Shown: positions 52,030-63,485 of the stretch, one piece after another
Layout of the letters: each line of letters begins with the position of its first letter
How positions within the stretch are numbered: the first letter of the stretch is position 1
Source: Eledone cirrhosa
Lineage: Eukaryota
Assembly (NCBI GenBank): GCA_964016885.1
Contig: OZ024743.1
Coordinates: 353,462,001-353,526,000 of the forward strand
Length of the DNA: 64,000 bases
Reading direction: 5' to 3'
Notes under the pieces: model-generated
Database searches by the model: none
Told to the model about the DNA's origin: nothing
What the model saw: only the letters and a program-made list of their open reading frames with translations
Made by a program: the position numbers and the translations under genes

Positions 52030-52745
52030 AAGGTAAATAGAAATAACAACACAAGCGATACAGTATATGGAAGGGATATATTAGGTTAACGCTTGAAATA
52101 GCAGGAAGAGGGTCTTAACTTTTCGGACGCTAGTCCTTCATCAGAAGAAAGAATGAGAAATAAAATAGATTGAGGGGACGGGCGAGGTGGAATTGGAAAA
52201 AATGTCTTTAGATAAAAATAACAGGTCTATTCATGTTGACATCTCTTGCAAAACTGTTGGTGCTGGCGATTTGTGTATGATTTATTTTTTAGAAAAGTGG
52301 ATAATGGCAGGCGTCTACCTGAAATGAAAAAAAAAACCGTTTTGTTAAAAGAGCTATACTTGAGCACGTGCGTAAGCATGAGTTAGTGGGTGTATGTGTG
52401 TGTGTGTGCTATTATAGGTCCGTACGAAGTTAGGAAGAAATGTGTGTGTATATGTGACTAAAAGAGTGTGTGTGCAGGTAAGTACGAAGCTATGAGCAAA
52501 AGTATGTTAATATAAGGGTGTGTATATGTGTATACAGAGCAATGAATGGAAAAGTGGAGTGAGCATATATAGTGGGCATGTATTAGTTGTAAGAGAAGCT
52601 GCTAATGATCAAGAGAAAGCGATAGGAATCTAGGGGGTGATAATGGACGGGGTATTAGAGAAATTGGGGAGGTGAGTTGAGTCCAAGAGGGGAATAGGAC
52701 CCAAGGTGGTGAATTAGACTTTGTTCAGTCCTGGTGCGCAAGATA
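52030..52745 (-). mobile_element. PLE 3' remnant
   Basis: EQSLIHHLGSYSPLGLN (GIY-YIG end) plus hammerhead. Confidence 0.75.
52113..52148 (-). ncRNA. Minimal hammerhead, stem III point-mutated
   Basis: TCTT-CTGATGA-A-GGAC-TAGC-GTCC-GAAA-AG-TT-AAGA. Confidence 0.65.
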
Positions 52746-52997
52746 CATACATACACACACACACATCTCTCTCTCTCTATATATATATATATAAGTATGT
52801 ATACGTACATACATATATGTATATAGACGTACAGTAGTATGTATATATACATACATGCACACATATATATATATGTACGTATGGATTCACCGAACATTTA
52901 TTATAATGCTCGGTGTGTTTGTAAACAAACATCCCGAATTAAGCCGTACAGTATCTAGCAACCACCGTTGCTCTTTTGTTCAACACTGACAAAGGAA

Positions 52998-53038
52998 CGC
53001 TGTACTAGTTTCAAGCTTATTAGCTATCGTCAGCAACG
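52998..53038 (-). ncRNA. Minimal hammerhead
   Basis: CGTTG-CTGACGA-T-AGCT-AATA-AGCT-T-GAAA-CTAG-TA-CAGCG. Confidence 0.8.
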
Positions 53039-53386
53039 TATACCTTCCTGCCAGATGATTGAACGTCTGAAAGTATGTACTTTCCTTATGCATATTAACG
53101 GCTGAGCAGCCTAATTTGTATATCGAGTGAGTTAATCGGCCGGGCGCACCGAAAACGATAAACGGAAAAAATGAAACGAAATTTCATTTCTCACTCTTAG
53201 TACGGCTGTTACTGAAATATAAGTATGTATACGTACATACATATATGCATACAGACGTACAGTAGTATGTATATATATATACATACATGCCTGTTTGCTG
53301 AAAATCATGAATGTTTGATTCTTATAGAATTCTAGTAATAATCAGGAACTGATTATACAGAGCGGTTGCCGGTCAAGCAGAAATTG

Positions 53387-53717
53387 AAAATTAGAATTGG
53401 TGCTCTGAAATAGCGATATATATATGAATGTATATATAGTGTATTTTGCAATAAACTGTATGCTTAATCAAAAGCATTTCGAAGACCTTACGCTATTGTT
53501 TTAGAGTAGTCAGTCTCACTTACTTTAATTTTCAGCAAACAGGGAGATAAAGCTGACAGAGCTCTGTTTCGCACTTTTTGGTGCTTATCAGGCGGAGTAC
53601 TTAGCTTTAAAACAATAGCGTAAGGTCTTCGAAATGCTTTTGATTAAGCATACAGTGTATTGCAAAATACACTATATATACATTCATATATATATCGCTA
53701 TTTCAGAGCACCAATTC

Positions 53718-53724
<7 letters not shown>
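53387..53724. repeat. ~117-bp near-perfect inverted repeat (pLTR-like)
   Basis: 53387-53503 vs 53607-53724. Confidence 0.9.
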
Positions 53725-53749
<25 letters not shown>

Positions 53750-53751
<2 letters not shown>

Positions 53752-53820
53752 GGAACGAGTAGGACCCCGACAGCTGAGCTCAAGCCGTTTCGACGGCTAA
53801 TTCCAGAATTAGCCGTCGAA
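53750..53820 (+). mobile_element. Fold-back family copy 3 (partial)
   Basis: GGACCCCGACAGCTGAGCTCAAGCCGTTTCGACGGCTAATT...AATTAGCCGTCGAA. Confidence 0.7.
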
Positions 53821-53827
53821 CAATGCA

Positions 53828-53891
53828 TTGTCTGACGAACGAATGCGGACGTTTCTTGTATTCGTCTTATTCGGGAAACCTCTGGTAATGA
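53828..53891 (+). ncRNA. Hammerhead-like motif with extended stem II
   Basis: TTGT-CTGACGA-aCGAAT..ATTCGg-GAAA-CCtctGG-TA-ATGA. Confidence 0.55.
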
Positions 53892-54061
53892 GGTAATTAT
53901 ATTGTATTGTTTATTATACATTAAATATATATATATATATGTAAATATATTAATATATATATATATATCATATATATATATATATGTAAATATATATATA
54001 TATGTAAATATATATATGTATATGTAAATATATAAATATGCCTTCTTGACCACTTTTTCAA

Positions 54062-55021
54062 AAGAAACCCTGCATTTGGATTTTACCATCAATTCCAATG
54101 GGTCCAGGTCGGTTATATATGTGTATATGTATATATATATATATATAATTTTATCATTTATTTTGTTTGACGTGTTTAGCTTGACTTGTTTTTTGGCTTA
54201 GGTGGTTAATGCCTTCTTGACCACTTTTTCAGTTTTGTATGGCGTTTTAACATATATGTTTAGCTCTGGTTTTTTTAACTATGGAGCGCTTACCAGCATA
54301 ACTCTGATTTTGCGTTTCGTTTCGCTTTTTCTACCCGCCGAAATGCGATTCTCGCTGAATTTATATTTGTATTAATCTCCCGAGTCTTACAATTAACCTG
54401 TTAATAATTCTATTGAGATTAATTGCATAAGTTTATTTTAAAACTACCCGGTTGAGTGCTTATTTTATTTGTGCTATTTATGCAATTTTTTTGCATGATC
54501 TACACATACTGAATTCATTTGCCAAAATCTGGGGTTTTCCCCCTTGTGAGTTACGCATGTGCTTTTACTTTGTAAATCATGCAAAAAATTGCATAAATAG
54601 CCCTGCGTTATTCACAAAGCTGGCGCAGAGCAAAATACCTGTTGATAAAGTGATATTCCTTGTTCGATCATTATACCAAAAGCTTATAATTTTAAGCAGA
54701 CAGCATTATTGATTTAGGTGTCATAGAAACCCTGCATTTGGATTTTACCATCAATTTCAATGGGTCCAAGTCGGTTATATATGTGTATATGTATATATAT
54801 ATATATATGATTTTATCATTTATTTTGTTTGACGTGTTTAGCTTGACTTGTTTTTTGGCTTAGGTGTTTAATGCCTTCTTGACGACTTTTTCAGTTTTGT
54901 ATGGCGTTTTAACATATATGTTTAGCTCTGGTTTTTTAACTATGGAGCGCTTACCAGCATAACTCTGATTTTGCGTTTCGTTTCGCTTTTTCTACCCGCC
55001 GAAATGCGATTCTCGCTGAAT

Positions 55022-55027
<6 letters not shown>
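54062..55027 (+). repeat. ~300-bp direct repeat pair (54062-54367, 54725-55027), PLE partial tandem-like
   Basis: AGAAACCCTGCATTTGG...CTCGCTGAATTTATAT twice. Confidence 0.8.
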
Positions 55028-55056
<29 letters not shown>

Positions 55057-55057
55057 A

Positions 55058-56013
55058 TGAAAAATTGAACAGGGACAGAACAGAGAGGCAGTACGACAAA
55101 TGTTTATTAAATTCACGCCCAGGAGAGTGGGGGGTAGGTGGGGGACGACGTTTCGGGCATAAGCCCTTCTTCAGGTGAGAGTTCAAAAGGTGTGTAGGGG
55201 AGTGGTGGAGAGACATATAGCGAAAGGAAACGGTGCGAATGAAAAATTAACAAATAAAGACAAAAATATAATAAATAATAAATAAAAATAAAGCATGATC
55301 AAAATACAAGAAATGAGAAAATTTAAAAATAAAGGCATGATCAAAATAAACTGAAATTAAAAGGGGGGTAAACAGGTGGTGGAAGGGTGTGGGGTGAGTA
55401 GAGGTGGTGGCGGGTGGAGTGGGGAGAGGGAGACGGGGTGTCCGAGCGGGGAGGGCTGAAGGTGGTGTGTGTGGTTAGGTGTGCGTGTGTGTGTGTGTGT
55501 GTGTGTATGTGAAAGTGAGGGTTGGGGGAAGAACGGGGTTGCATGTTCAGGAAGGTGTGTGTGGGGGGTGTTTTTGTGGGTCGGAGGGTCTGTGCGTGTG
55601 TGGATAGGGGGGTGGGGGGGAGAGGAATCAGGGGGCTGAGGGTGTAAATATGTGGTGGGAAGCACGTGTGTGTGGTTTAAGCGTGTTGTGGGTGTGGGTG
55701 GCGTGTGGATAAAAAAATTGTTTTGGGGTGTGTGTGTGTGGGTGAGTTATATAGGTGGTGGTGTAAGAGGGTGGTTGAAAAGTGGTAAGTTACACGGATG
55801 TATGGAGGTTTGGTGAGAAGTCAAAACGCGTGTGGGTAATCCAAGAAGCGGTGGTGGGAAGAGGAGAGATGTGGGGTGCGCGCGCAACAGGAAGTGGTCA
55901 GCAGTGGAAGTGCTGTGGTCAGTTGGTGCTGAGACAGTGGTCGGAAGGGCATAGCAGCAGTCGGCGGAATGGTAGGGAGGCGAGGATGGGTAGGTGTGAG
56001 AGTTGGAGTGAGG

Positions 56014-56048
<35 letters not shown>

Positions 56049-56640
56049 TAGTGGGGTGTTAGTGGGATGAGTGAGTGTGGAGTGGGGAGAGAAGAGTGTG
56101 TGTGGTTCTATGGAGGGAGTGTGGTGTACTGGTGTGTGTGTAGTTTGGTGAAGAGGTGTTAGTGGGTGTTAATATACGGGAGGTGGGGAGGGGTGGAATG
56201 CAGGTGTGAGTGGGGGTTAGTGGGGGTAGGGTGTGTAGAGTTGGTGGTGTACGAGGGTGTGTGGGTACGTGTGCGTGGGGTTGGAGGGTGTTAGTGATGT
56301 TAGTTGCGTGGGGGTGGGTGGTGTAAGTGGGTGCGTGTGTGCGTGTGATAAGGAGGGGGAGGAGGAGAAGAGGGGAGGGAAAGGATGTTAGTATGTTAGT
56401 TGGGGAAGGGTGGTCAGATGAGGGGTGGAGTGGAGGTGCTAGTATTGTTAGTGTGGGGTGGGCGGTGAAAAGGAGGGGTGTGTTAGTGGTGTAGTGGGGG
56501 ATAAGTGTGGGGGGAGGGGGGCGGTCGAACGCTAAAGGAATAAGGGTGGGGAGTTCAGGCCGGGGGGAGTGTGGGTCTGTAAGATGAAGAGTGTGGGTCT
56601 GTAAGTAAGTACGTTGTTCGACCGTAAGGCGATGGGCGGT
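55058..56640 (-). mobile_element. PLE 3' remnant with C/A-rich UTR
   Basis: ILQTHTPPGLNSP end; hammerhead near the 3' end. Confidence 0.65.
55145..55176 (-). ncRNA. Minimal hammerhead
   Basis: CTGAAGA-A-GGGC-TTAT-GCCC-GAAA-CG-TC; stem I only 2 bp. Confidence 0.7.
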
Positions 56641-56719
56641 ATATATATATATATTATAATATATAGCTCTGATTATTTAATTTATTAACTCTTCATTGAG
56701 CCACAAGGTGACCCGTTGC

Positions 56720-56796
<77 letters not shown>

Positions 56797-57007
56797 GTAT
56801 GTAAACCTTTATATGTAATAATCTCCCGTAAGGTTGAGATAAAATTTTGGCTGTATTGTGCTGCGCTTTCTAGCAAAAAGCCACCAGCCGTAAGCAACTA
56901 TTCACATCCTTTCTAACCTGACCGCTGCTACGTCACGATTCTTAGCCATTTTTTTATGTATTCTTGGCGCGATCACTTTGGAAAACTTATTCTCTAAATT
57001 TGAGCTA

Positions 57008-57085
57008 ACTTCCTGAAGAGTCCGGAGCTCTAGGTGTCCAATACTATCGGATATCTTAAAATGCGGACGAAACCATGGTAGAGGT
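57008..57085 (+). ncRNA. Type I hammerhead, canonical core, long stem II
   Basis: ACTTC-CTGAAGA-GTCCG-(39 nt)-CGGAC-GAAA-CCATGG-TA-GAGGT. Confidence 0.8.
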
Positions 57086-57358
57086 AACTAAATATGTTCA
57101 CTTTTCTCCTAGCTTATTTTACACCTAATTCTGTTTAATTGACTTATATCTGGGCGATTCATACACGCTGTCGAAATACTCGATAAATATTCCGTCGCAA
57201 CTGACGCGAAGGGCTGCTTTCGGTTATTTGTCGGAGATTTCTTCATAGAAGCCTTTATTCTTATAGCTTGGTTTGATCGATTTTTTATATGGTTAATTAT
57301 GCTAATTGGGAGAGGAAATGGTACATATTTTATCTGGTGATTCTATAGACATGTTTTA

Positions 57359-57443
<85 letters not shown>

Positions 57444-57767
57444 TATATATATAACTCTCTCGTCCACTAAATATTAACACTTCTAATATTTAATACTGCC
57501 GGCACTAGTATTGAGCACATGCATACGCTATTTGGCAAATAACTACATGTATCACCTATCCAAAGCCAAGGCAGCATGGTGATATAATAGTACATATAAT
57601 GTTACGGTCTCGAATATCTTAAGATATTATGACCTCTTGCCAGGCTTATAATGTCGCTAGAAATAGCTGCCTAAAGACCGTCTGGGACAACTCGACAAAT
57701 TCTAACTCCCCCGAAGACTATGGCGGTTCTTAAATTATTAGTAATTCCAATAATGGTTCCTCTCCAT

Positions 57768-57835
<68 letters not shown>

Positions 57836-57838
<3 letters not shown>

Positions 57839-58372
57839 TAAAAGGAAAAGAAAATGCTGACAAATTGTTCCCAGTGAAAAATAGTTTAATTATGAATAAG
57901 CAAAAATAAGTAATAAGTATTGGTTAGTATTCAGTTTTAGTTTTAAGTAATTTACCGGTTGCGCATTTCTAATGCTTTTCAAAAATAATTTTGAGATAGA
58001 GCGCCCGTGGTGTTTGCTCTAATCTGATTAGTTTTGGAAATTCTACCTGTTTTATGTGAAAAAAGTGGCTCCAGAGGTATTAAAATAAGTTTCGCGCCAA
58101 TTCGTGTTGCAAAAATTCTTGTGGTCAAAACAATTTTGATTGGTCGGTAGAGGACACGTGAATGTTAAAAATTGATTTTGCGCCAAATGTAGGTTTGTCA
58201 AAGAGTGTCCTTTTTCGCCTGATTGAGAAGTCACTGAAAAATAAGTCTTTTAAGACAAATATGTGTGTGTGTAGTAAAGAGGTTCATTGTTGTGATAATG
58301 GTCAGTAGGGATGTGCGTGTGTGAATTGCAGTCATGTTGAAAGGTCAACAGTTCAGGTGTCTATTAAGACAA

Positions 58373-58418
<46 letters not shown>

Positions 58419-59135
58419 CAGAGTAATTCGTGGTAGAGGGATCGGTCGGTAGGAATGTGTCTGTCCGTGTGTGGGGGATATTTTAACATGTTGAAAGATA
58501 TATTTCAGCTCTTGGCTTATACGGAGAAGTGTGTGTGTGTATATGTCTCTTTGTATGTTAGTGTACGCGTATGTATGTATGTGTGTATATATGTCTGTGT
58601 GTGTGTACATATGTGTGTATGTGTGTATGTGGGGGGAGGGGGGACCAGTATTTTTGTGATACTGGTAAAAATGGTGTACATTATTCGATATTTTCAGCAA
58701 AAACGATTCTCTCAAGAGAACATCAAAAACCTTAATAATAAAAGGTGTGAAATGATATATAGTATTGTCATAACACCAAGGTGTGTGTGAGTGTGTCCAG
58801 ATTGTACGTACTGCAAGGGGAATCCATTAGGCCCTGCCGTATTGGAATACTTGTGTACAAATATGTATGTGCCCATCAGTGTGCAATGTATGTGTGCGTA
58901 TATGTATATGTGTGTGTCGGCACGTTTATATCTATAGACATCAAAAGGTATGCAAATTTGTGTATATTTGTGTTGCACCATAGAACATGTGTGTTTACGT
59001 ATGTCATTGTGTTTATATGTGGATAGAGATGTATGCAGGATGTATGCTGATGTAGGTATGTATGTTGACGTGTGTATGTTGTGGGTTCGTCTTAGGGAGA
59101 AGTGTTTAGACGGGGTCCGTATTTGTTAATAAAGT

Positions 59136-59138
<3 letters not shown>
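57836..59138 (-). mobile_element. PLE 3' remnant related to the 47640 element
   Basis: HFINKYGPRLN end; TTTCGCGCCA block; U3-A8 hammerhead with GAAA>GCAA at 57950-57986. Confidence 0.7.
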
Positions 59139-59173
<35 letters not shown>

Positions 59174-59177
<4 letters not shown>

Positions 59178-59352
59178 AAAATGTTTGACCCCCGACGGCA
59201 GAGCCCAAGCCATTTCGATGGCTAAATAGCCGTCGAAACACTTGAGCTCTGCCGTCGGGGTAAAAAATGTTCCTATTACCCACTCTACTACCCTAAGTAT
59301 TGAGTACTCTGGTGAGTTATGGTCCATCTGGTTCCTTACCACACCTCCTTCG
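59174..59352 (+). mobile_element. Fold-back family copy 4
   Basis: Homolog of 17119-17316. Confidence 0.85.
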
Positions 59353-59409
<57 letters not shown>

Positions 59410-59690
59410 CTGGTTATTAATATACTTGTATTAATACATATACACATACACACATATATATAAAAGAGATAGGATTCTCTGATTGATCGTCAATTCTCTT
59501 TGTTATTTGGTGCAAGGGAAATAATCACGAAAGCTTAACGTGTTTGTGTTATTTTATTGATAACTAATATTTTTTTTATTTAGATTTAAGCATTCAAATT
59601 TACTATAGTTCAATATTAAATTTCTTTAACAGCTGTATCTATAGACAAACACAGAATAAGGGAGCGAGAGAGAATGAGAAAGACAGAGAA

Positions 59691-59775
<85 letters not shown>

Positions 59776-60024
59776 AAGCTGCGCCTTTCCTCTCATTTAA
59801 AAAAATATTTTTTACATCTGTAATTATTGTAGAGATGGAGAGATGGAGAGTAATTCATGTATCGAATATACAAGAAAGACATAAATGCATATATAGAAAT
59901 ATCTTTGTGTGTAATATATGCATGTATGTATGTATGTATGTATGTATGTATGTATGTATGTATGTATGTATGTATGTATGTATGTATGTATGTATGTATG
60001 TATATATGTATGTATGTATGTATG

Positions 60025-62222
60025 TTTGTTTATCTCTTTCTCTTAATTTCGAGTATATTTTTTTTGACCGGCCACCTTCCTGGTGGCAAGGTTGTAAAAG
60101 AAAAGAAATTGTCATCCTTTGAATCGCAAGAATGTTTTGCAAATTTTGAAGATGCCAGCTATCGCAGTCATTTGTAGACTATGAATTAGGGAGCTGCGCT
60201 TTTTGTCCGCAAATCCAAGTTCAGTCATACTTTGGTCCAAGCGGGTTGGTATATAACCCGTAGCTCCAATAATGATGGGTATGAAGCTAAAGGTGTATCT
60301 TGGATACTGGATTTGTAAACTCCTCATCAATGGTCCGTAGATGTCCTCCTTCTCCTGTATTTTTCTGACAACGTTTACATCAAGTGGGCAGCTGATCTCC
60401 ACAACAGAACACGTTTTCAATGTGTGGTCCCAAACAACAATATCAGGCCGGTTGTGCTTTAATTTGGTGGCAGTTTTTATTTTCAGGTTCCACCAGTATT
60501 CCTTAGTGCCATCTGTCTCAATATATTCTTCCTCGTTTGTTGTTAATTTTGTTTTCCGAAGTGCGTTCTAGATGGTTCTAGCTATCCCATCGTGTCTCAT
60601 GGGGAGGTAGTAGCGAGATGACATTCTTTCGCAGCTGGCAACAATGTGGCTTACATCCTCGATCTTTGTTTTACATAGCCTACATTTATTGTCAGCTGCT
60701 GGCCCTCCTCTTTTGTGCAGCAGATATTTGGTAGGGAGTTCTTGTTCCTGTATTGCATAGAGATATCCCTCAAGGTGTGATGTCATAAACTTGTCGGAAC
60801 CCCATGCCAGGCTTTTTGAGTGGTTTATCCCCTCTATGGTCTGTGTTTTACGCCTCAAGTTTCCATGCACAACTTTTTCTGTAAATTGGTCAATTTTTTT
60901 ATCTTGTTTGCACATTGAATAGGATCTTCCGATTTCTCTGGGTGAGAGATTTATATCAGGCTTTATTCCATATCTCTCCTCCAGATCAGTGGCTATTCTA
61001 ATGATATATTTTTTTTCATGCTCATAAACCTGGGCAAGATGGTTGCCAACCTTTTTCCTCTGTTGAAGGTGTTGCTTCAGTGTTACTATCCGGGTCTCCT
61101 TTGTTGTTAATATTGATTTTAGACCCCAGCCACCTTCCTTGCGTGAGAAGTATAGCCTATCCACATCACCATTGATGTTAAAGTTCCCAGTAACACTGAG
61201 AAGTTTTCGAGTTCTAACATCCATCTCACTTAGTTCTTGCAATGACCAGTTCAGCAGGCCAAATGTTGGCGTTAGAATTGGCACAGCATAAGTATTGTGG
61301 GCAATGTATTTGTTGTATGCTGACAGTTCTGATGACCATATTTTCTTTACTCTTCTGAGGTATTCAGTTCTGGTTCTCTCCTTATTTATGGGTCCATCAT
61401 ATCTGACATTCTCATCCTGTCCAAGATATCTGTAGTTGTCACCTGACTGCAGAGGTTGTATTGTCAGGCCGTTCATCTCTAGATTTCTAGAGGAGGGCAC
61501 AGCTCTTCCACGTTTTACTGCCAAATATGCACACTTGGACTCACCAAATTTCATTTTGATGTCGGTTGAAAATTGTGTAATGAGGTCCAATTGTTTCTTG
61601 ATGTCATTGATATTTGGCCCACACAACTTCAGGTCATCAACAAAGAAAAGATGGGAGATACTTCTGGGCCCACTTCTTTGTCCACCTTGTTTCCTGAGTA
61701 GGTAAGATAGTGGATTCAGTGAGAGAACGAAGAGTAGCACTGACAAGCTATCACCCTGAAAGATGCCCTTCTGGTAATGTATGTTATCAGTCTTAACCTG
61801 CTCCTTCTCACCTCTCAGGATCAAATTGGTGTACCAGTTCTTGGTCAGGCGTTCAACAGCAGCTACCAATGGTTGTGGGACTTTAGCTAACTGTAAAGCC
61901 TTAATAATCCACCCATGAGGTACACTATCAAATGCTTTTTGATAGTCCAGCCACACCACAGTCATGTTTCTGCGATTCTTTGTTGTTTTTCCTGAATCAT
62001 TTTGTTAGTTAGTAGGTGATCTATGCAACCCCACACCTCCCTCTTTCCACCAGCTTGCTCAGATGTTATGATGTTGTTGGTAGCACAGTGATCCTGTAAG
62101 AACAGGTTAAGGCACCCAGTATATAATTTATACATGATGTTTTGGCAGGCAATTGGGCGGTAATTTTTAGCAAGGGTGGTTTGGCTATTTTGGGGAATGA
62201 GGAGAGTAGTGGCAGTTGATAA
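60025..62222 (-). mobile_element. 5'-truncated R4/Dong-clade non-LTR retrotransposon
   Basis: NYRPIAC, DYQKAFDSVPH, GIFQGDSLS, FVDDLK, CRLC..H...C, RHD, RPDIV..VEISCP; one in-frame TAG at 60568 and a frameshift near 61990. Confidence 0.9.
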
Positions 62223-62434
62223 ATGTATGTATGTATGTATGTATGTATGTATGTATGTATGTATGTATGTATGTATGTATGTATTTTAGATCATTGGCTG
62301 GGCTAAAAAGCCACATTCGATCGCAGCGCTGTTAGTTGCTATCGTGTGTGTGTAGATATGCTTATGTGTGTGCGTGTGTGTGTATATATATATGTATATG
62401 TATATTATTATTGTTGTTGTCGTTATTATTGTTG

Positions 62435-62466
<32 letters not shown>

Positions 62467-62534
62467 GTTATTAATGTATGTGTGTGTATATGTGTGTGTG
62501 AGTATGTGTGTGTGTGTGTGTGTATATATGTATG

Positions 62535-62589
<55 letters not shown>

Positions 62590-62659
62590 TATGAAGAGAG
62601 AAGAAACATTTAGATATAATTAGTAATAAAATGTATCATACCTAAACTGCTCCTAAATT

Positions 62660-62747
62660 CCTCGACTACGTAGTTTCGTGGCATAAACAAAAACAATATA
62701 TCATAAAGATATAGAGTCCTTGCGAGGTCTGCCGACTTATCAAGAGG
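62660..62747 (-). ncRNA. Type I hammerhead, U3-A8 core, long stem II
   Basis: CCTC-TTGATAA-GTcGGCA..TGCCAC-GAAA-CTACGTAG-TC-GAGG. Confidence 0.7.
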
Positions 62748-63098
62748 ATACCTCATTTTACTAGTCTCAAGAACGCGTCTACACGACGTGAGAAAGAATC
62801 CCAAAAGGCGGAGGGGGAGATAGTCACGCGATATAACGGTCGAGAAACAGAGCTAAGCCTCTTATAACCCCGAAGAAAATACCACGGAGGCGGAGGGGGT
62901 ACTTATATCGAGGCCGTAGAAGAGGTGGTGAAGAAGGCGAGAAGTATGAGTAATGGAAGCCTTCCAGCTGTCCCCACACTTCAAAGATTGCTCGACCAGA
63001 GGGAGTTATTAACAATATAATTAGAAACACACAGATACATGCGGACACACACACATATATACATGAATGCATCCGCACCCAACTGTGAGTTAAGGGTG

Positions 63099-63199
<101 letters not shown>

Positions 63200-63485
63200 A
63201 TTTATTTATTTTTTTAAACATTTTTATTTTATTTTTATTTATTTATTATTATTATTATTATCATTATTATTGAATGCCATGGTTGACGGAGGCTCGGCTC
63301 TGTAAGGTATAGTAATTTTTAACCGTTAAAACAATTGTAAATTGTTTAAAACTTGAACCAAATTGTTGATAAAGACACCCTCCTCCTCGTGAGAGGGGTC
63401 TTTCTGTCCGTTATTTGGCCCTTCGGGGTTAAATAACCAGTTATTGGGGTTTTGTACCCAATATTCATTTTAAACAAAAAACAAC

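Noticed and set aside
63376-63450. HDV-like ribozyme suggested by TCCTCGT
   Set aside because: Could not build the nested P1/P1.1/P2 pseudoknot; folds as simple hairpins
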